From Escherichia phage FEC19, in sequence record MH816966: a stretch of DNA of 64,000 nucleotides. One strand, 5' to 3'. Each line of letters starts with the position of its first letter. Within the stretch, counting starts at the first letter, position 1. The notes under the pieces are model-generated. The model did no database searches. It saw nothing but the letters and a program-made list of their open reading frames with translations, and was not told the origin of the DNA. The position numbers and the translations under genes are program-made. Below, piece by piece: positions 25,700-35,023 of this stretch.

Positions 25700-26108
25700 C
25701 CGCGAGCAAAAATACATATTCGTTCCTTTGAAGAAGCATTCAGAATCAATATTGAAGCTTCAACGAATCGAATCGATGACTGGTGATGGCGTGCCGGACG
25801 TAATCGGCACCAACCGGAAAGGTCGCGGCTTTTGGCTTGAAATGAAGTTCTTTGAATCGTGGCCTGCAAGGGCCACCACTGCACCTTTCAGAAATGCATT
25901 TGAGAAAGGTCAGTGCAGCTTTCTTTCTTCGTGGAATGATTGGAAATACCCATCATTTGTTTTGCTTAAAGTCGATTCTGAGAAGATGTTTTATTTAGTC
26001 CACCCTTCGATTGAATTAAAGCGTTATAATATTGCAGACGTTCAACGTGAGATAATCGTGAAGGGAACTATTCACCACATCATTAAGTATTTAGAGGAAT
26101 TGTCATGA
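25686..26108 (+). CDS. VRR-NUC / PD-(D/E)xK-type nuclease, putative
   Basis: PDVIG...GRGFWLEMK arrangement; start at ATG overlapping dnaE stop. Confidence 0.5.
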   Translation: MATNNREQKYIFVPLKKHSESILKLQRIESMTGDGVPDVIGTNRKGRGFWLEMKFFESWPARATTAPFRNAFEKGQCSFLSSWNDWKYPSFVLLKVDSEKMFYLVHPSIELKRYNIADVQREIIVKGTIHHIIKYLEELS

Positions 26109-27628
26109 AAACACAAGGGATGCGCCACCAGCTTCTGGCGCTTGATAAAGCAGGCCGCAGAAAATACTTTGCCTATTTCATGGAACAGGGTCTTGGTAAA
26201 ACTTGGACCGCTTTGGCAGAGTTTGAAAAGCACTTCACCGCTGGCGCGTTCGATGCCATGGTAGTCATCGCTCCAAACGGTGTCCACTCAAACTGGATTC
26301 GTCGTGAAGCGCCAGAGCACCTTTCCATCAAGTGGATTGGGCACTACTGGCGCGGCAACGATAAGATGAAAACTAAAAAGGGCAAGGCGCTTTGGGAGAA
26401 GATGTTTGCTGATCACTACCCCGAAGGCGAAGTGCCTGCGCGCATCTTCTCATTCAACATCGATACTGTCAACACACCAGTCGGTTATCAACACATCGAG
26501 TCGGTCTTGAAGAAGTACCGCTGCCTGATGATCATCGACGAATCAACGCGCATCAAGAATAACACAGCCAAACGCTCCATCAAGGTTGTGGAATTGGGAC
26601 GGCTGGCAAAGGCCCGTCGAATCCTTTCTGGCACGCCGTTGCCGCGCTCGCCTGCGGATATTTACATGCAATACCACTTCCTTGAAGCAGGATTGCTCGG
26701 CACCAAATCATTCCGTGCCTTTAACTCTGAATTTACAGTGCTGCTTGAAGCGCACGACCCAGAGATGCAAGCCATCCTCAAGAAAATCGGCGGCAATGGC
26801 TATGGGATTCCGCAAGTGCCGCGCAAAGACCAGTTTGGCCGACCGATGTACAAGAACCTTGACAAGCTTATCCGGCTGATGGAACCGCACTATTTTCGTG
26901 CAACAAAAGCAGAATACTTGCCTGACCTTCCAGAGAAGGTGTACAAGTTTATTGACTTCGAGTTGTCGCCTAAACAACGCGATGTTTACGATGAACTCAA
27001 GAATGAGTACAACTATTTGATGGAATACAAGGGCGAAGAAGAAAACGTCAAGTTTGAGATGATCGCGTCGCGCACTAAGATGAAGCAGGTGACATCCGGC
27101 TTTGTTAAGGTGTATGATGAGATGGTCTACATGGAAGACAACCCACGATTCACGGCCTTTAAGGATTATGTGGAAGGTGTGCTGGAAGATGACCCAGAGC
27201 GCAAATTCATCGTTTGGGCCATCTTTAAGGAAGAGATGAACCAGATTAAGGACTGGCTTGAGTCTGAAGGCGTGGTCACTGGTGTATACAATGGTGAAAC
27301 GTCCAAAGAGCAGCGAGAGTTCTTAATTGATGACTTCCAGAAGAATACAGTCGAGAACGGCGGAACGCAAGTCTTGGTTTGCCACGCTGCAGCGGCAGGC
27401 ATCGGCATCACTCTTACCGCCGCTGACTTGGCAATTTATTATTCTTGCAACTACGACAACGAGCTGCGCAAACAATCCGAAGACCGAAATCACCGCATCG
27501 GCACCAAATCAAGCGTGTTGTATGTTGATTTTATTGGTGTTGATACCATCGACGAAGAAATTCAGCGTTCACTCAGTATGAAGTCAATGCTTGCTGATCA
27601 CATCCTCGACGGCAAAAAGATGAATTAA
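26105..27628 (+). CDS. SNF2-family helicase/ATPase
   Basis: GLGKTWTAL motif I, MIIDESTRIKN motif II, C-terminal helicase region. Confidence 0.8.
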   Translation: MKTQGMRHQLLALDKAGRRKYFAYFMEQGLGKTWTALAEFEKHFTAGAFDAMVVIAPNGVHSNWIRREAPEHLSIKWIGHYWRGNDKMKTKKGKALWEKMFADHYPEGEVPARIFSFNIDTVNTPVGYQHIESVLKKYRCLMIIDESTRIKNNTAKRSIKVVELGRLAKARRILSGTPLPRSPADIYMQYHFLEAGLLGTKSFRAFNSEFTVLLEAHDPEMQAILKKIGGNGYGIPQVPRKDQFGRPMYKNLDKLIRLMEPHYFRATKAEYLPDLPEKVYKFIDFELSPKQRDVYDELKNEYNYLMEYKGEEENVKFEMIASRTKMKQVTSGFVKVYDEMVYMEDNPRFTAFKDYVEGVLEDDPERKFIVWAIFKEEMNQIKDWLESEGVVTGVYNGETSKEQREFLIDDFQKNTVENGGTQVLVCHAAAAGIGITLTAADLAIYYSCNYDNELRKQSEDRNHRIGTKSSVLYVDFIGVDTIDEEIQRSLSMKSMLADHILDGKKMN

Positions 27629-27702
27629 TATCAAAAATAATTTGACTTGTCACGGAAGATGAGTCATAATTACTTCATCGAAACGAAATAGAGGAATACA
27701 AA

Positions 27703-27966
27703 ATGGTACGCATCCTTGAACGTTACAAAAATGAAGCTACTGGCGCAATCGCGTTCAAACGTCTTTTGGTCAAAGAAATTGACGGTATGTTCCGCGTTGT
27801 AAAAGAGTTTGATTATGGCAACGGTGCTGGGGTGAATACCGTAATTATGCCTGGCATCAAGGCATATAAGACTTTAAAAGGCGCTGAGAAGGCTTTGGCG
27901 GCTTGGAAACCTGAACGTTATCAAATGACCCGTGTTGAAGGGCTAATGCAAGAAGGTAAAATATGA
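27703..27966 (+). CDS. hypothetical protein
   Basis: 87-aa ORF with promoter-like TTGACT-18-ATAATT upstream. Confidence 0.45.
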   Translation: MVRILERYKNEATGAIAFKRLLVKEIDGMFRVVKEFDYGNGAGVNTVIMPGIKAYKTLKGAEKALAAWKPERYQMTRVEGLMQEGKI

Positions 27967-28520
27967 GCAATATTAATTGGGAAGATGATTTGCCGCAGGT
28001 TGCTCCTGAGAGCATTCAGGAGCGTCTTGCGCGCTTAGTATCTGAATTGGCAGAGCGCCAAGAAGCTTTGACAGAGCTTGAAGATGAAGCTGATATGCAA
28101 AAGCAGCGCATCAGTGAAATCAAAACTGTTCTGCTTCCTGGCGTTATGGATGAGCTTGGCGTGTCCGAAATCAAGCTTGAAGACAAGACCAAAATCAAGG
28201 TCGAGTCAAAAGTAAACGCTTCAATCAAGAAAGAAAATGAATTGAAGGTATTCGATTGGCTTGTCAACAATGGTTACGGCGGCTTGATCAAGTCCAGCGT
28301 CACGGCTGAGTTCGGTCGCGAAGAAATCGAGCAAGCGCAAGAGATTGTTGCCGCGCTGCGTGAAGATGGTGTTGAAGCCACGTTGAAACAAGGCGTTCAT
28401 TCTGCTACACTGAAGTCGTTTGTAAAAGAACAGCTGGAAGCGGGCAATCCAGTTAGTGAAGATATTAGCGTTTTTGAATACAAAGAAGCTAAAATAACCT
28501 TGCCTAAAAGCAAAAAGTAA
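27963..28520 (+). CDS. hypothetical acidic coiled-coil protein
   Basis: 185-aa ORF. Confidence 0.45.
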   Translation: MSNINWEDDLPQVAPESIQERLARLVSELAERQEALTELEDEADMQKQRISEIKTVLLPGVMDELGVSEIKLEDKTKIKVESKVNASIKKENELKVFDWLVNNGYGGLIKSSVTAEFGREEIEQAQEIVAALREDGVEATLKQGVHSATLKSFVKEQLEAGNPVSEDISVFEYKEAKITLPKSKK

Positions 28521-28579
28521 TTTAACCTTTATCTTGAAATCAGGTTGCCACGAAACTTGATACTATAGGAAAATATCAA

Positions 28580-29440
28580 ATGTCTAAGAAAGAAACCACC
28601 GAAGTTGCAGTGAAAAACACCCAGATGTCCGCTATGGCTGATTTTGTCGACATGACCGATTTTGGCGCTGGTTTTGAAGGTGCCGATGCCGATGCGTATG
28701 CCATTCCTTTTATCGTCGTACTGCAGAAGATGTCTCCTATGGTCGACGAAGATGATCCAAAACACGTTCCTGGCGCAAAGGCTGGCATGCTTTACAACAC
28801 CGTTACTGGTGAGTTGTATGACGGCAAGAAAGGCGTGCAGATCATCCCTTGCGCATTCAAACGCACCTTCATTCTTTGGGGCGGTCGCGAGTCCGACGAT
28901 AAAGGCTTTAAAGGTGAATTCACCAAAGAGCACGTTGATGCAGAAGTCGCGGCAGGCCGCGCTGTTGAGATCAACGGTAAGGTATTCGTGCCGGACGAAA
29001 ACGGCAAGGTGCACGAGAAGAAATCTCCTTACTACGCAGATACACGCAACCACTTCGTAATTCTGTTGAACGAAGAAACTGGTGAATTTGGTAGCGCAAT
29101 GCTGTCTCTGACTTCTTCCATGATCAAGCCGTCTCGCATGCTGATGACCGCTCTGCAGCAGAAGAAAGTTCAGACTCCGCAGGGTCTGAAAACGCCGCCG
29201 ACCTTTATGAACATCGTTCGCATGGGTACTGCATCCCAGTCCAAAGACGGCAACACCTGGTCTGTTCTGAAGTTTGAGCTGGAAGGTCTGGTGCAGGACA
29301 AAGGCCTGTACGAAGTCGCCAAGGCATTCCACAACGACGTAGTGGGCGGTAACGTTAACATCGACCGCAGCAAGCAGGAAGAAGCAAGCGGTGCCGCTGG
29401 TCCTGTCAATGAAACTCCTACCGACGCAGAAGAGTTTTAA
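28580..29440 (+). CDS. putative single-stranded DNA-binding protein
   Basis: Acidic C-terminal tail ending ...TDAEEF, reminiscent of SSB tails; position in replication block. Confidence 0.35.
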   Translation: MSKKETTEVAVKNTQMSAMADFVDMTDFGAGFEGADADAYAIPFIVVLQKMSPMVDEDDPKHVPGAKAGMLYNTVTGELYDGKKGVQIIPCAFKRTFILWGGRESDDKGFKGEFTKEHVDAEVAAGRAVEINGKVFVPDENGKVHEKKSPYYADTRNHFVILLNEETGEFGSAMLSLTSSMIKPSRMLMTALQQKKVQTPQGLKTPPTFMNIVRMGTASQSKDGNTWSVLKFELEGLVQDKGLYEVAKAFHNDVVGGNVNIDRSKQEEASGAAGPVNETPTDAEEF

Positions 29441-29459
29441 TCGACAATCAAATCAACAA

Positions 29460-29485
29460 GGCTGCCGATTGGCGGCCTTTTATTT
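29460..29485 (+). terminator. intrinsic terminator
   Basis: ggctgcc gatt ggcggcc then ttttatttat. Confidence 0.55.
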
Positions 29486-29497
29486 ATCTGGTGCATC

Positions 29498-30016
29498 ATG
29501 ATAGAAAGAATTGTACCGCTCTTGAAGATTCTGGCCCTTGTTGGCGCGTTTGCCGCTGGATCATACGTTGAAGACCTGCAGCAAACCAACGCATCACTGG
29601 CCAAGGATAATCAATATCTGACATCGCTTAATGAGCGTAAGGACAAGATAAATGCACTCGAAGAGCAAATTGCATCTTTACAGGTTGAATCGGCATCGGC
29701 ATATGAGAAAGGTCGCCAGGAAGCGCAACTGGTTGCTGATGACACTATTGCTCGTTACAAGTCTGGGAATATCAAGTTGCGCGCGCAACTCAGCTGCTCC
29801 CGTGAGTTACTCAGGAGTATGCCCGACTCTGCGACCACTGGACGCCTCTCTATCCCAGAAGGAAACTGTGGACTATCAGAAGAAGATGTCAGTTTTCTTG
29901 TTCAGTTCGCCGCAGAAACAAATCGATTAAAAGAGAAAGTTAATAGCTTGATTGATACTTATAATCAGGCTAAAATAAAAATCGATCAATTCAATGCATC
30001 AAAGGAAAATAAATGA
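29498..30016 (+). CDS. Rz-like i-spanin, putative
   Basis: N-terminal TM segment, coiled-coil periplasmic region, NIKLRAQLSC resembling the Rz RRRLHIKAVC region. Confidence 0.45.
   Translation: MIERIVPLLKILALVGAFAAGSYVEDLQQTNASLAKDNQYLTSLNERKDKINALEEQIASLQVESASAYEKGRQEAQLVADDTIARYKSGNIKLRAQLSCSRELLRSMPDSATTGRLSIPEGNCGLSEEDVSFLVQFAAETNRLKEKVNSLIDTYNQAKIKIDQFNASKENK
29739..29930 (+). CDS. Rz1-like o-spanin embedded in +1 frame of the Rz-like gene, putative
   Basis: MTLLLVTSLGISSC lipobox-like signal then short Pro-containing mature part with second Cys. Confidence 0.4.
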   Translation: MTLLLVTSLGISSCARNSAAPVSYSGVCPTLRPLDASLSQKETVDYQKKMSVFLFSSPQKQID

Positions 30017-30636
30017 AACAGATTTATGCAAACATTCGCCAGTGGGCTTCTGACCGTAACATCATCCAAGGTTGCGACCTTAAGGACCAATACCCGAAGC
30101 TTATCAGCGAGTTCGGGGAGTTAACCGACCACGTTGATCAACTCCATGACCTTGTGTTCTTCGACCCTGAAATTGGATATACAGAGCAAGCCATCTGTGA
30201 CTTGCAGGCAGCAATTAAGGACGACATCGGCGATTGCCTTGTTGTGTTGACCATCCTGGCGGCGCAAAACGGTACTGAAATCGAAAACATTAATGGCGGC
30301 GGTTGTGCTGATAAAGGCGCTCACCCTCATTCATTCATCCTTCGCCTGGCAAAGACCCTTGGACGGCTTGGTGATGCTATTGCTAAGAATCAGACCATGG
30401 ATATTGACGTCACCATCATGGCCGCAGTCGATTACCTTTCCGGCGTAGCTCATGATTATGGCCTTCGCTTATCCGACTGTGCGCAAGCGGCCTACGAAGA
30501 CATCAAGGACCGCAAAGGTGTCATGTACAACGGAACGTTCATCAAATCTACTGATCCAGCTTATGAGCACTCCTGCAAAATGGTAAAGAAGCTGGAACTT
30601 GAAGACCGTGTGATCAGAGAAGTTACAGGACAATAA
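30013..30636 (+). CDS. mazG: MazG-like nucleotide pyrophosphohydrolase
   Basis: LISEFGELTDHV and DDIGDCLVVLTILA resemble MazG EExxE / metal-binding helices. Confidence 0.55.
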   Translation: MKQIYANIRQWASDRNIIQGCDLKDQYPKLISEFGELTDHVDQLHDLVFFDPEIGYTEQAICDLQAAIKDDIGDCLVVLTILAAQNGTEIENINGGGCADKGAHPHSFILRLAKTLGRLGDAIAKNQTMDIDVTIMAAVDYLSGVAHDYGLRLSDCAQAAYEDIKDRKGVMYNGTFIKSTDPAYEHSCKMVKKLELEDRVIREVTGQ

Positions 30637-30638
30637 TT

Positions 30639-31601
30639 ATGACAGCATTAAAACCAATGAAGGGTTGCCAACGTAAGCAGATTATCGAGCGCGGCGAGGA
30701 CGTGCCGCTGCCTTGCGGACTGTCATTCAAGGTCGATGGCATACGTGCAATGGCGTATGACAACTTGCCAATGGGCACTTCCGGCATGCCGTTGCGCAAC
30801 GTTCAAATCAAAAAAGAGTTCCTCTTTTTGGGTGAACTAATTCACGGACTTGATGGAGAGCTAATCGACGGCAATCCAAATGATAAGAACGTCATGCAAC
30901 AGGCCTATACTGCATGCATGAATACTGATGCAATCACTAACTTTACATGGTGGGTGTTTGATGACTTCAGCGACCCTGATCTGCCTTTTGAAAAGCGTTA
31001 TGCAAACTATCGAGCTAGAGTTGCTGAGGTCAATCAGCATCTCATCAACCATGGTCGACGCCCATTCCTTCGCGCTCTCGAATATCGAAACATCGAAAAT
31101 ATGGAACAGTACGCGGCGATGCAAATCGAAGCAGACCAGCTTGGATATGAAGGCTTGTATGGCAAGTCTTGGACGGGCAAATACAAGCATGGCCGCGCGA
31201 CGCCGAAGTCACGTGATGTGTGGAAGGACAAGCCGTGGACGGATGAAGAAGGATTGATCATAGACTTCGTTGAGATGATGGAGAACAACAACGAAGCATT
31301 CATTGACGAATTGGGTCGCACCAAGCGTTCAAAAGAGGCTGAAGGTTTAGTTGCAAAAGGATACCTTGGCTCATTCGTAGTCGTCAATCCGAAATATGTG
31401 GATGAGAAAGGTGAAATGATTCCTTTCCGCGTATCCGCTGGTTCAATGCCTATGGCAGAGAGAAAAATGCTTTGGGAGAATCGCGAGAACTATCGCGATA
31501 AATATCTAACGTATAAATTCTTTAACTTCGGCATTGTTGATGTGCCGCGCTCTGCTTTGTATAAATGCTTCCGTGATATTACCGATATGGAGTATTTTTA
31601 A
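30639..31601 (+). CDS. ATP-dependent DNA ligase
   Basis: Motif I FKVDGIRA (KxDG), DGELI, EGLYGK downstream. Confidence 0.7.
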   Translation: MTALKPMKGCQRKQIIERGEDVPLPCGLSFKVDGIRAMAYDNLPMGTSGMPLRNVQIKKEFLFLGELIHGLDGELIDGNPNDKNVMQQAYTACMNTDAITNFTWWVFDDFSDPDLPFEKRYANYRARVAEVNQHLINHGRRPFLRALEYRNIENMEQYAAMQIEADQLGYEGLYGKSWTGKYKHGRATPKSRDVWKDKPWTDEEGLIIDFVEMMENNNEAFIDELGRTKRSKEAEGLVAKGYLGSFVVVNPKYVDEKGEMIPFRVSAGSMPMAERKMLWENRENYRDKYLTYKFFNFGIVDVPRSALYKCFRDITDMEYF

Positions 31602-31676
31602 GACACTAGATAAATAATTGGTGCGGATAATCTATCGCGTTGTTTTATAGAATTTAATATACAGTGTATACATAAA

Positions 31677-31701
31677 GCCGGAAATCTCCGGCTTTTCTTT
31701 T
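31677..31701 (+). terminator. intrinsic terminator after ligase
   Basis: gccgga aatc tccggc then ttttctttt. Confidence 0.65.
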
Positions 31702-31777
31702 ATTTACCTTTCGCCTTATTTACTTTCAAAACCTTCGGCCTATACTATTAATATTCGTAATCAAAAGGTGAATTATA

Positions 31778-32320
31778 ATGAAATCGAAAACTTTAAAGAT
31801 TGTTTTGATCACCATCATGGCTATGCTGACAGTCTTGTTCTTCACCAAAAGTGCAGCGGCTGAAAGTATGTTTACGCCGCCAAATAGTAATGCCAAAGTG
31901 TTAACGAGATATTTTAACAACGGCCAATCGTTCGAATTTTGCTGGAACAAATATGATGTGATAAAGGAAAGGTTTGATAAGGAAAAGATGTGCGTAATGA
32001 ATGATCGCGGTCGCCAAGTCGTTTCGTTTGTGTTCGGAATGTCAATTGCAAAAGTTGATGCCGCTGAAATCGTTGTCAGGTATAATACATTGGACAGCGG
32101 CCTTGTCGACAAGACATACCCTGTTGCAGTAGACAGCAGGACAGGCGGCGCACTCATACTCACTCCAGAAGATAAATCAGATGTCGTTAACATGCTCATC
32201 AACAGCAAAGACGTAATCGTGTTTTATCATGTTGAAGGCGTATCAGACTACCAAATGGCCTACTATCCACTGCCCTTAAGAGATGCTTCAGGTAATGTTA
32301 AGACACAGGATGTGCGTTGA
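31778..32320 (+). CDS. secreted/periplasmic hypothetical protein (signal peptide)
   Basis: MKSKTLKIVLITIMAMLTVLFFTKSAAAE. Confidence 0.5.
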   Translation: MKSKTLKIVLITIMAMLTVLFFTKSAAAESMFTPPNSNAKVLTRYFNNGQSFEFCWNKYDVIKERFDKEKMCVMNDRGRQVVSFVFGMSIAKVDAAEIVVRYNTLDSGLVDKTYPVAVDSRTGGALILTPEDKSDVVNMLINSKDVIVFYHVEGVSDYQMAYYPLPLRDASGNVKTQDVR

Positions 32321-32547
32321 CATGGGTGGTAGTTATGCAGAAAGATTTGGAAGAAAACAAAAGGCTGAAAAAGGCTTTGACGTCTCAAATCTTGTCCCTG
32401 TTGGTAAAGCTTATTGGGGAGTCAATTAGCAACAAGGTGGCACGGGCCGCGATTGTTGGCGTGATTGGCATGGCGGGGTATTACTTCGACTTGCCAGACA
32501 TTGATACAAGTTCCGCGCCGCCAGTCCAGGTTGAAGCCGTGAAATAA
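32317..32547 (+). CDS. small membrane protein (one TM), possible holin or lysis/exclusion factor
   Basis: AAIVGVIGMAGYYF hydrophobic segment; adjacent to endolysin. Confidence 0.35.
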   Translation: MTWVVVMQKDLEENKRLKKALTSQILSLLVKLIGESISNKVARAAIVGVIGMAGYYFDLPDIDTSSAPPVQVEAVK

Positions 32548-32551
32548 ACAA

Positions 32552-32571
32552 AGGCCCATATGGGCCTTTTT
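32552..32571. terminator. bidirectional intrinsic terminator between converging blocks
   Basis: aggccca ta tgggcct flanked by A-run and T-run. Confidence 0.65.
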
Positions 32572-32572
32572 C

Positions 32573-33217
32573 TTACATAACTGCTAGTGCATCCTTGTAA
32601 CGCTTCCGTCGCAAATCCCCATGGTTAGCCGTATTCGGCGCGGCCCCGTTAATCCGCTTCACGGTCGAATCAAATGCACCCGCATCGGCAAGTGGAATGC
32701 AACCGCTGTTCTTGAAGAACCACGCTGCGCTGTCAGCGATGTATTTCGGCTCAGTCAAAATGTCAGGGTTATTCAAGGCGTCATACCCTGATTGCTTTGA
32801 ATACTCTGCATAGTTATCCTTTCCAGTCAGCTGAATGGCACCACGGCCACGGTACTTCCAACCGTCGCCAGATGCTACCGAACCATTTCCCATTCGGTTT
32901 GCATATGTATTATTGGCGATTTCCATTGGTTTACGGGCAATCGACAACGCCAAGGAGTTTGGTGCGCCACCGAAACGACCGCTGACGCTGTAACGGCTAG
33001 GCCACGTGTTGGCAAGACCCTGTGCAGAGTAGTTGAGATTTTCCACAAATGTTCTCAAGCTGCCTGTCTCTACTCCTACGTTTGCAAGGAATGCCGCGAT
33101 GGCATTCTTGCTTTTGATTCCGTAGTGCTCACAAGCCTGCTTGAAAGGGTCCACCCATTTCTCTGCGACATCCATGCTGCATCCGGTCCCTTTAGATATT
33201 ACGTTTGCATTAATCAT
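32573..33217 (-). CDS. endolysin, glycoside hydrolase family 19-like
   Basis: AIAAFLANVGVETGSL and GRGAIQLTG motifs typical of GH19 lysins. Confidence 0.75.
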   Translation of the reverse strand: MINANVISKGTGCSMDVAEKWVDPFKQACEHYGIKSKNAIAAFLANVGVETGSLRTFVENLNYSAQGLANTWPSRYSVSGRFGGAPNSLALSIARKPMEIANNTYANRMGNGSVASGDGWKYRGRGAIQLTGKDNYAEYSKQSGYDALNNPDILTEPKYIADSAAWFFKNSGCIPLADAGAFDSTVKRINGAAPNTANHGDLRRKRYKDALAVM

Positions 33218-33225
33218 AAATCACC

Positions 33226-35013
33226 TTATGCGCTTCTGTACCAGCCGTTCAAGACGACATATCGCGGCAGAGTTGAAACAGCCGTTGGGACGGACTGCCC
33301 TGCATCGCCAGTGTTACCGACCACATCGTGAGTGTGAGCGGGGAGGGTATATCCATGGCTGTGATTGCCAGCGTAATTTATATTCAACCCATGAGTGTGT
33401 GACCCAGAAGATTGAATATTGTGAACGTGGTTGCCGTTAGTTGAGGTGTTGTATTTATAGTTGTCCCAGTCGCCGCCCTTTCGACTTCCGAAGTTGTTGT
33501 GCGTCCCATCATACACGCCATACCGCGCATCATTCGTATTTGCTTCACCCCAGCTACTGTCATGGTGGTGGTTGCCTGCTGAATCCATTCCGTGCACGTG
33601 AGCACCGTTTTGACTGGTATCGCCTGTGTGGTTATGGTTGCCTGCGTCTCCAGTGGTATTGGACCATGGACCACTCTGTCGCGTAGTTATGTTCACGCTG
33701 TGATTGTGCAGAGGAAGCATGGCGGCGGTAAGAGTAACAGAGTCTGCACCTCCAGTGTCAAGACCGTTTCTTGCCGTGCCAGACGTCCTGATGACCATGT
33801 TATCAGGCAACCTGGTCCATACCTGACCGTAAGCGCCCAGTTTAGTATTTGGGTTAGTGCCATTAGTCAAGAATCGAGTCTCACCGACTTCGAATACATC
33901 ACCCATAGTTATCAACTTCGCGGCCAAAGCATCGAGTTGGCGCTTTGTGACAAACTGTTGCGGCTCACTAGCATCGACACCGATTTGCGCCGCGCCGAAT
34001 GCTTGAAGAAGACGCCAAACGGTGCCGTCATAAATAATAGTAAAAGGAAGAAGACCGACGATGGACCCTGCTGGCAGCTCGCCGCCGTCGAATCCAAGGA
34101 CTGCAACTTTGTTTGCACCAATGGTCACGGTAACAGGTCCGGTGGTCGTTACATCATTGACAATTGTCAGGCGACTACCTGCTGACGGAGGCCATGAATA
34201 ACCTGCTGGAACGGTAAGGATTATATCTTGTGCGCCTTTACCTGATGCAAGATTCGGCGTTCCAATTTGCACGTCTTGAACAGTTGCATTTTGAATCCAA
34301 GCACTCCAAGCGCCAGACGTATAAGAGCGGGTGAAAACATATCCGTTCATTGACGTGTATTGTTGCAGGGCGAAAGTCTGCGCATTAACCTGCCAAGCGC
34401 AAACCTGGAGACGACCTGCAACCTTCGTCGCACCAACCGCGTTCGGGATGTTAGAGCAGAGAGCGGCGACTGCGTCAGATTGAATAACAATAGTTGTGGA
34501 AGTCGTGATATTATCAAAGTCCACAAAGTTTGAAATCAGTCCGCGAACAAAATACGGGTTTTGCGCATCGCCGCCAGCAGGCATAGGAATATATTTTCGC
34601 GCTTCGCTAGGCAGCGTCAATTCCTGCCAAGATTCCGTTTCGCCGTTAGCTGGGACTGCGCTGGTGTTGCCGTCAACCACGCTCTGGAAAATGCGCCATT
34701 CAGGCGCTGAAGGGGTGCCAGAGTTGCTTACAACGATGGCATTTTTCGGGTATCCATCTGGCTTCAAGTCAGACGAGAAATACTGTTGAGCGCCGTGGTC
34801 CTGGATGAACATAAGGTTGTCGGTGATCAGATTCAGCAACCAGTTCATCGACTCACGTTCAACTGCTTTCGCGGCGACGTTTCCGGCTTCCAGCGCAAGT
34901 GCATAGTCAGGGGTGTAGCCGCGCTGGAAGTTCACATAACCGCTTGGACTTGCATCCGGCACCACGGATACATCACCGCTTTGCGCGAAAGGTCTGTTAA
35001 TAAGTGTTGGCAT
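33226..35013 (-). CDS. tail fiber protein with C-terminal His-rich HxH repeats
   Basis: N-terminal fiber-like region; C-terminus with many HxH/HNH triplets; GAGGA RBS before trimmed start. Confidence 0.7.
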   Translation of the reverse strand: MPTLINRPFAQSGDVSVVPDASPSGYVNFQRGYTPDYALALEAGNVAAKAVERESMNWLLNLITDNLMFIQDHGAQQYFSSDLKPDGYPKNAIVVSNSGTPSAPEWRIFQSVVDGNTSAVPANGETESWQELTLPSEARKYIPMPAGGDAQNPYFVRGLISNFVDFDNITTSTTIVIQSDAVAALCSNIPNAVGATKVAGRLQVCAWQVNAQTFALQQYTSMNGYVFTRSYTSGAWSAWIQNATVQDVQIGTPNLASGKGAQDIILTVPAGYSWPPSAGSRLTIVNDVTTTGPVTVTIGANKVAVLGFDGGELPAGSIVGLLPFTIIYDGTVWRLLQAFGAAQIGVDASEPQQFVTKRQLDALAAKLITMGDVFEVGETRFLTNGTNPNTKLGAYGQVWTRLPDNMVIRTSGTARNGLDTGGADSVTLTAAMLPLHNHSVNITTRQSGPWSNTTGDAGNHNHTGDTSQNGAHVHGMDSAGNHHHDSSWGEANTNDARYGVYDGTHNNFGSRKGGDWDNYKYNTSTNGNHVHNIQSSGSHTHGLNINYAGNHSHGYTLPAHTHDVVGNTGDAGQSVPTAVSTLPRYVVLNGWYRSA

Positions 35014-35023
35014 TGCCGTTCCT

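Noticed and set aside
25277-25884. Minus-strand ORFs of 146 and 131 aa
   Set aside because: Both lie antisense inside the 3' end of the DnaE-like polymerase gene and the start of the VRR-NUC gene.
28529-29332. 267-aa minus-strand ORF
   Set aside because: Antisense to the SSB-like gene within a uniformly plus-strand block; Cys/His/Arg-rich composition typical of a shadow frame.
31726-32208. 160-aa minus-strand hydrophobic ORF
   Set aside because: Antisense to the signal-peptide protein gene; a terminator separates this region from the minus-strand block.
33592-34185. 197-aa plus-strand ORF
   Set aside because: Antisense within the tail fiber gene.
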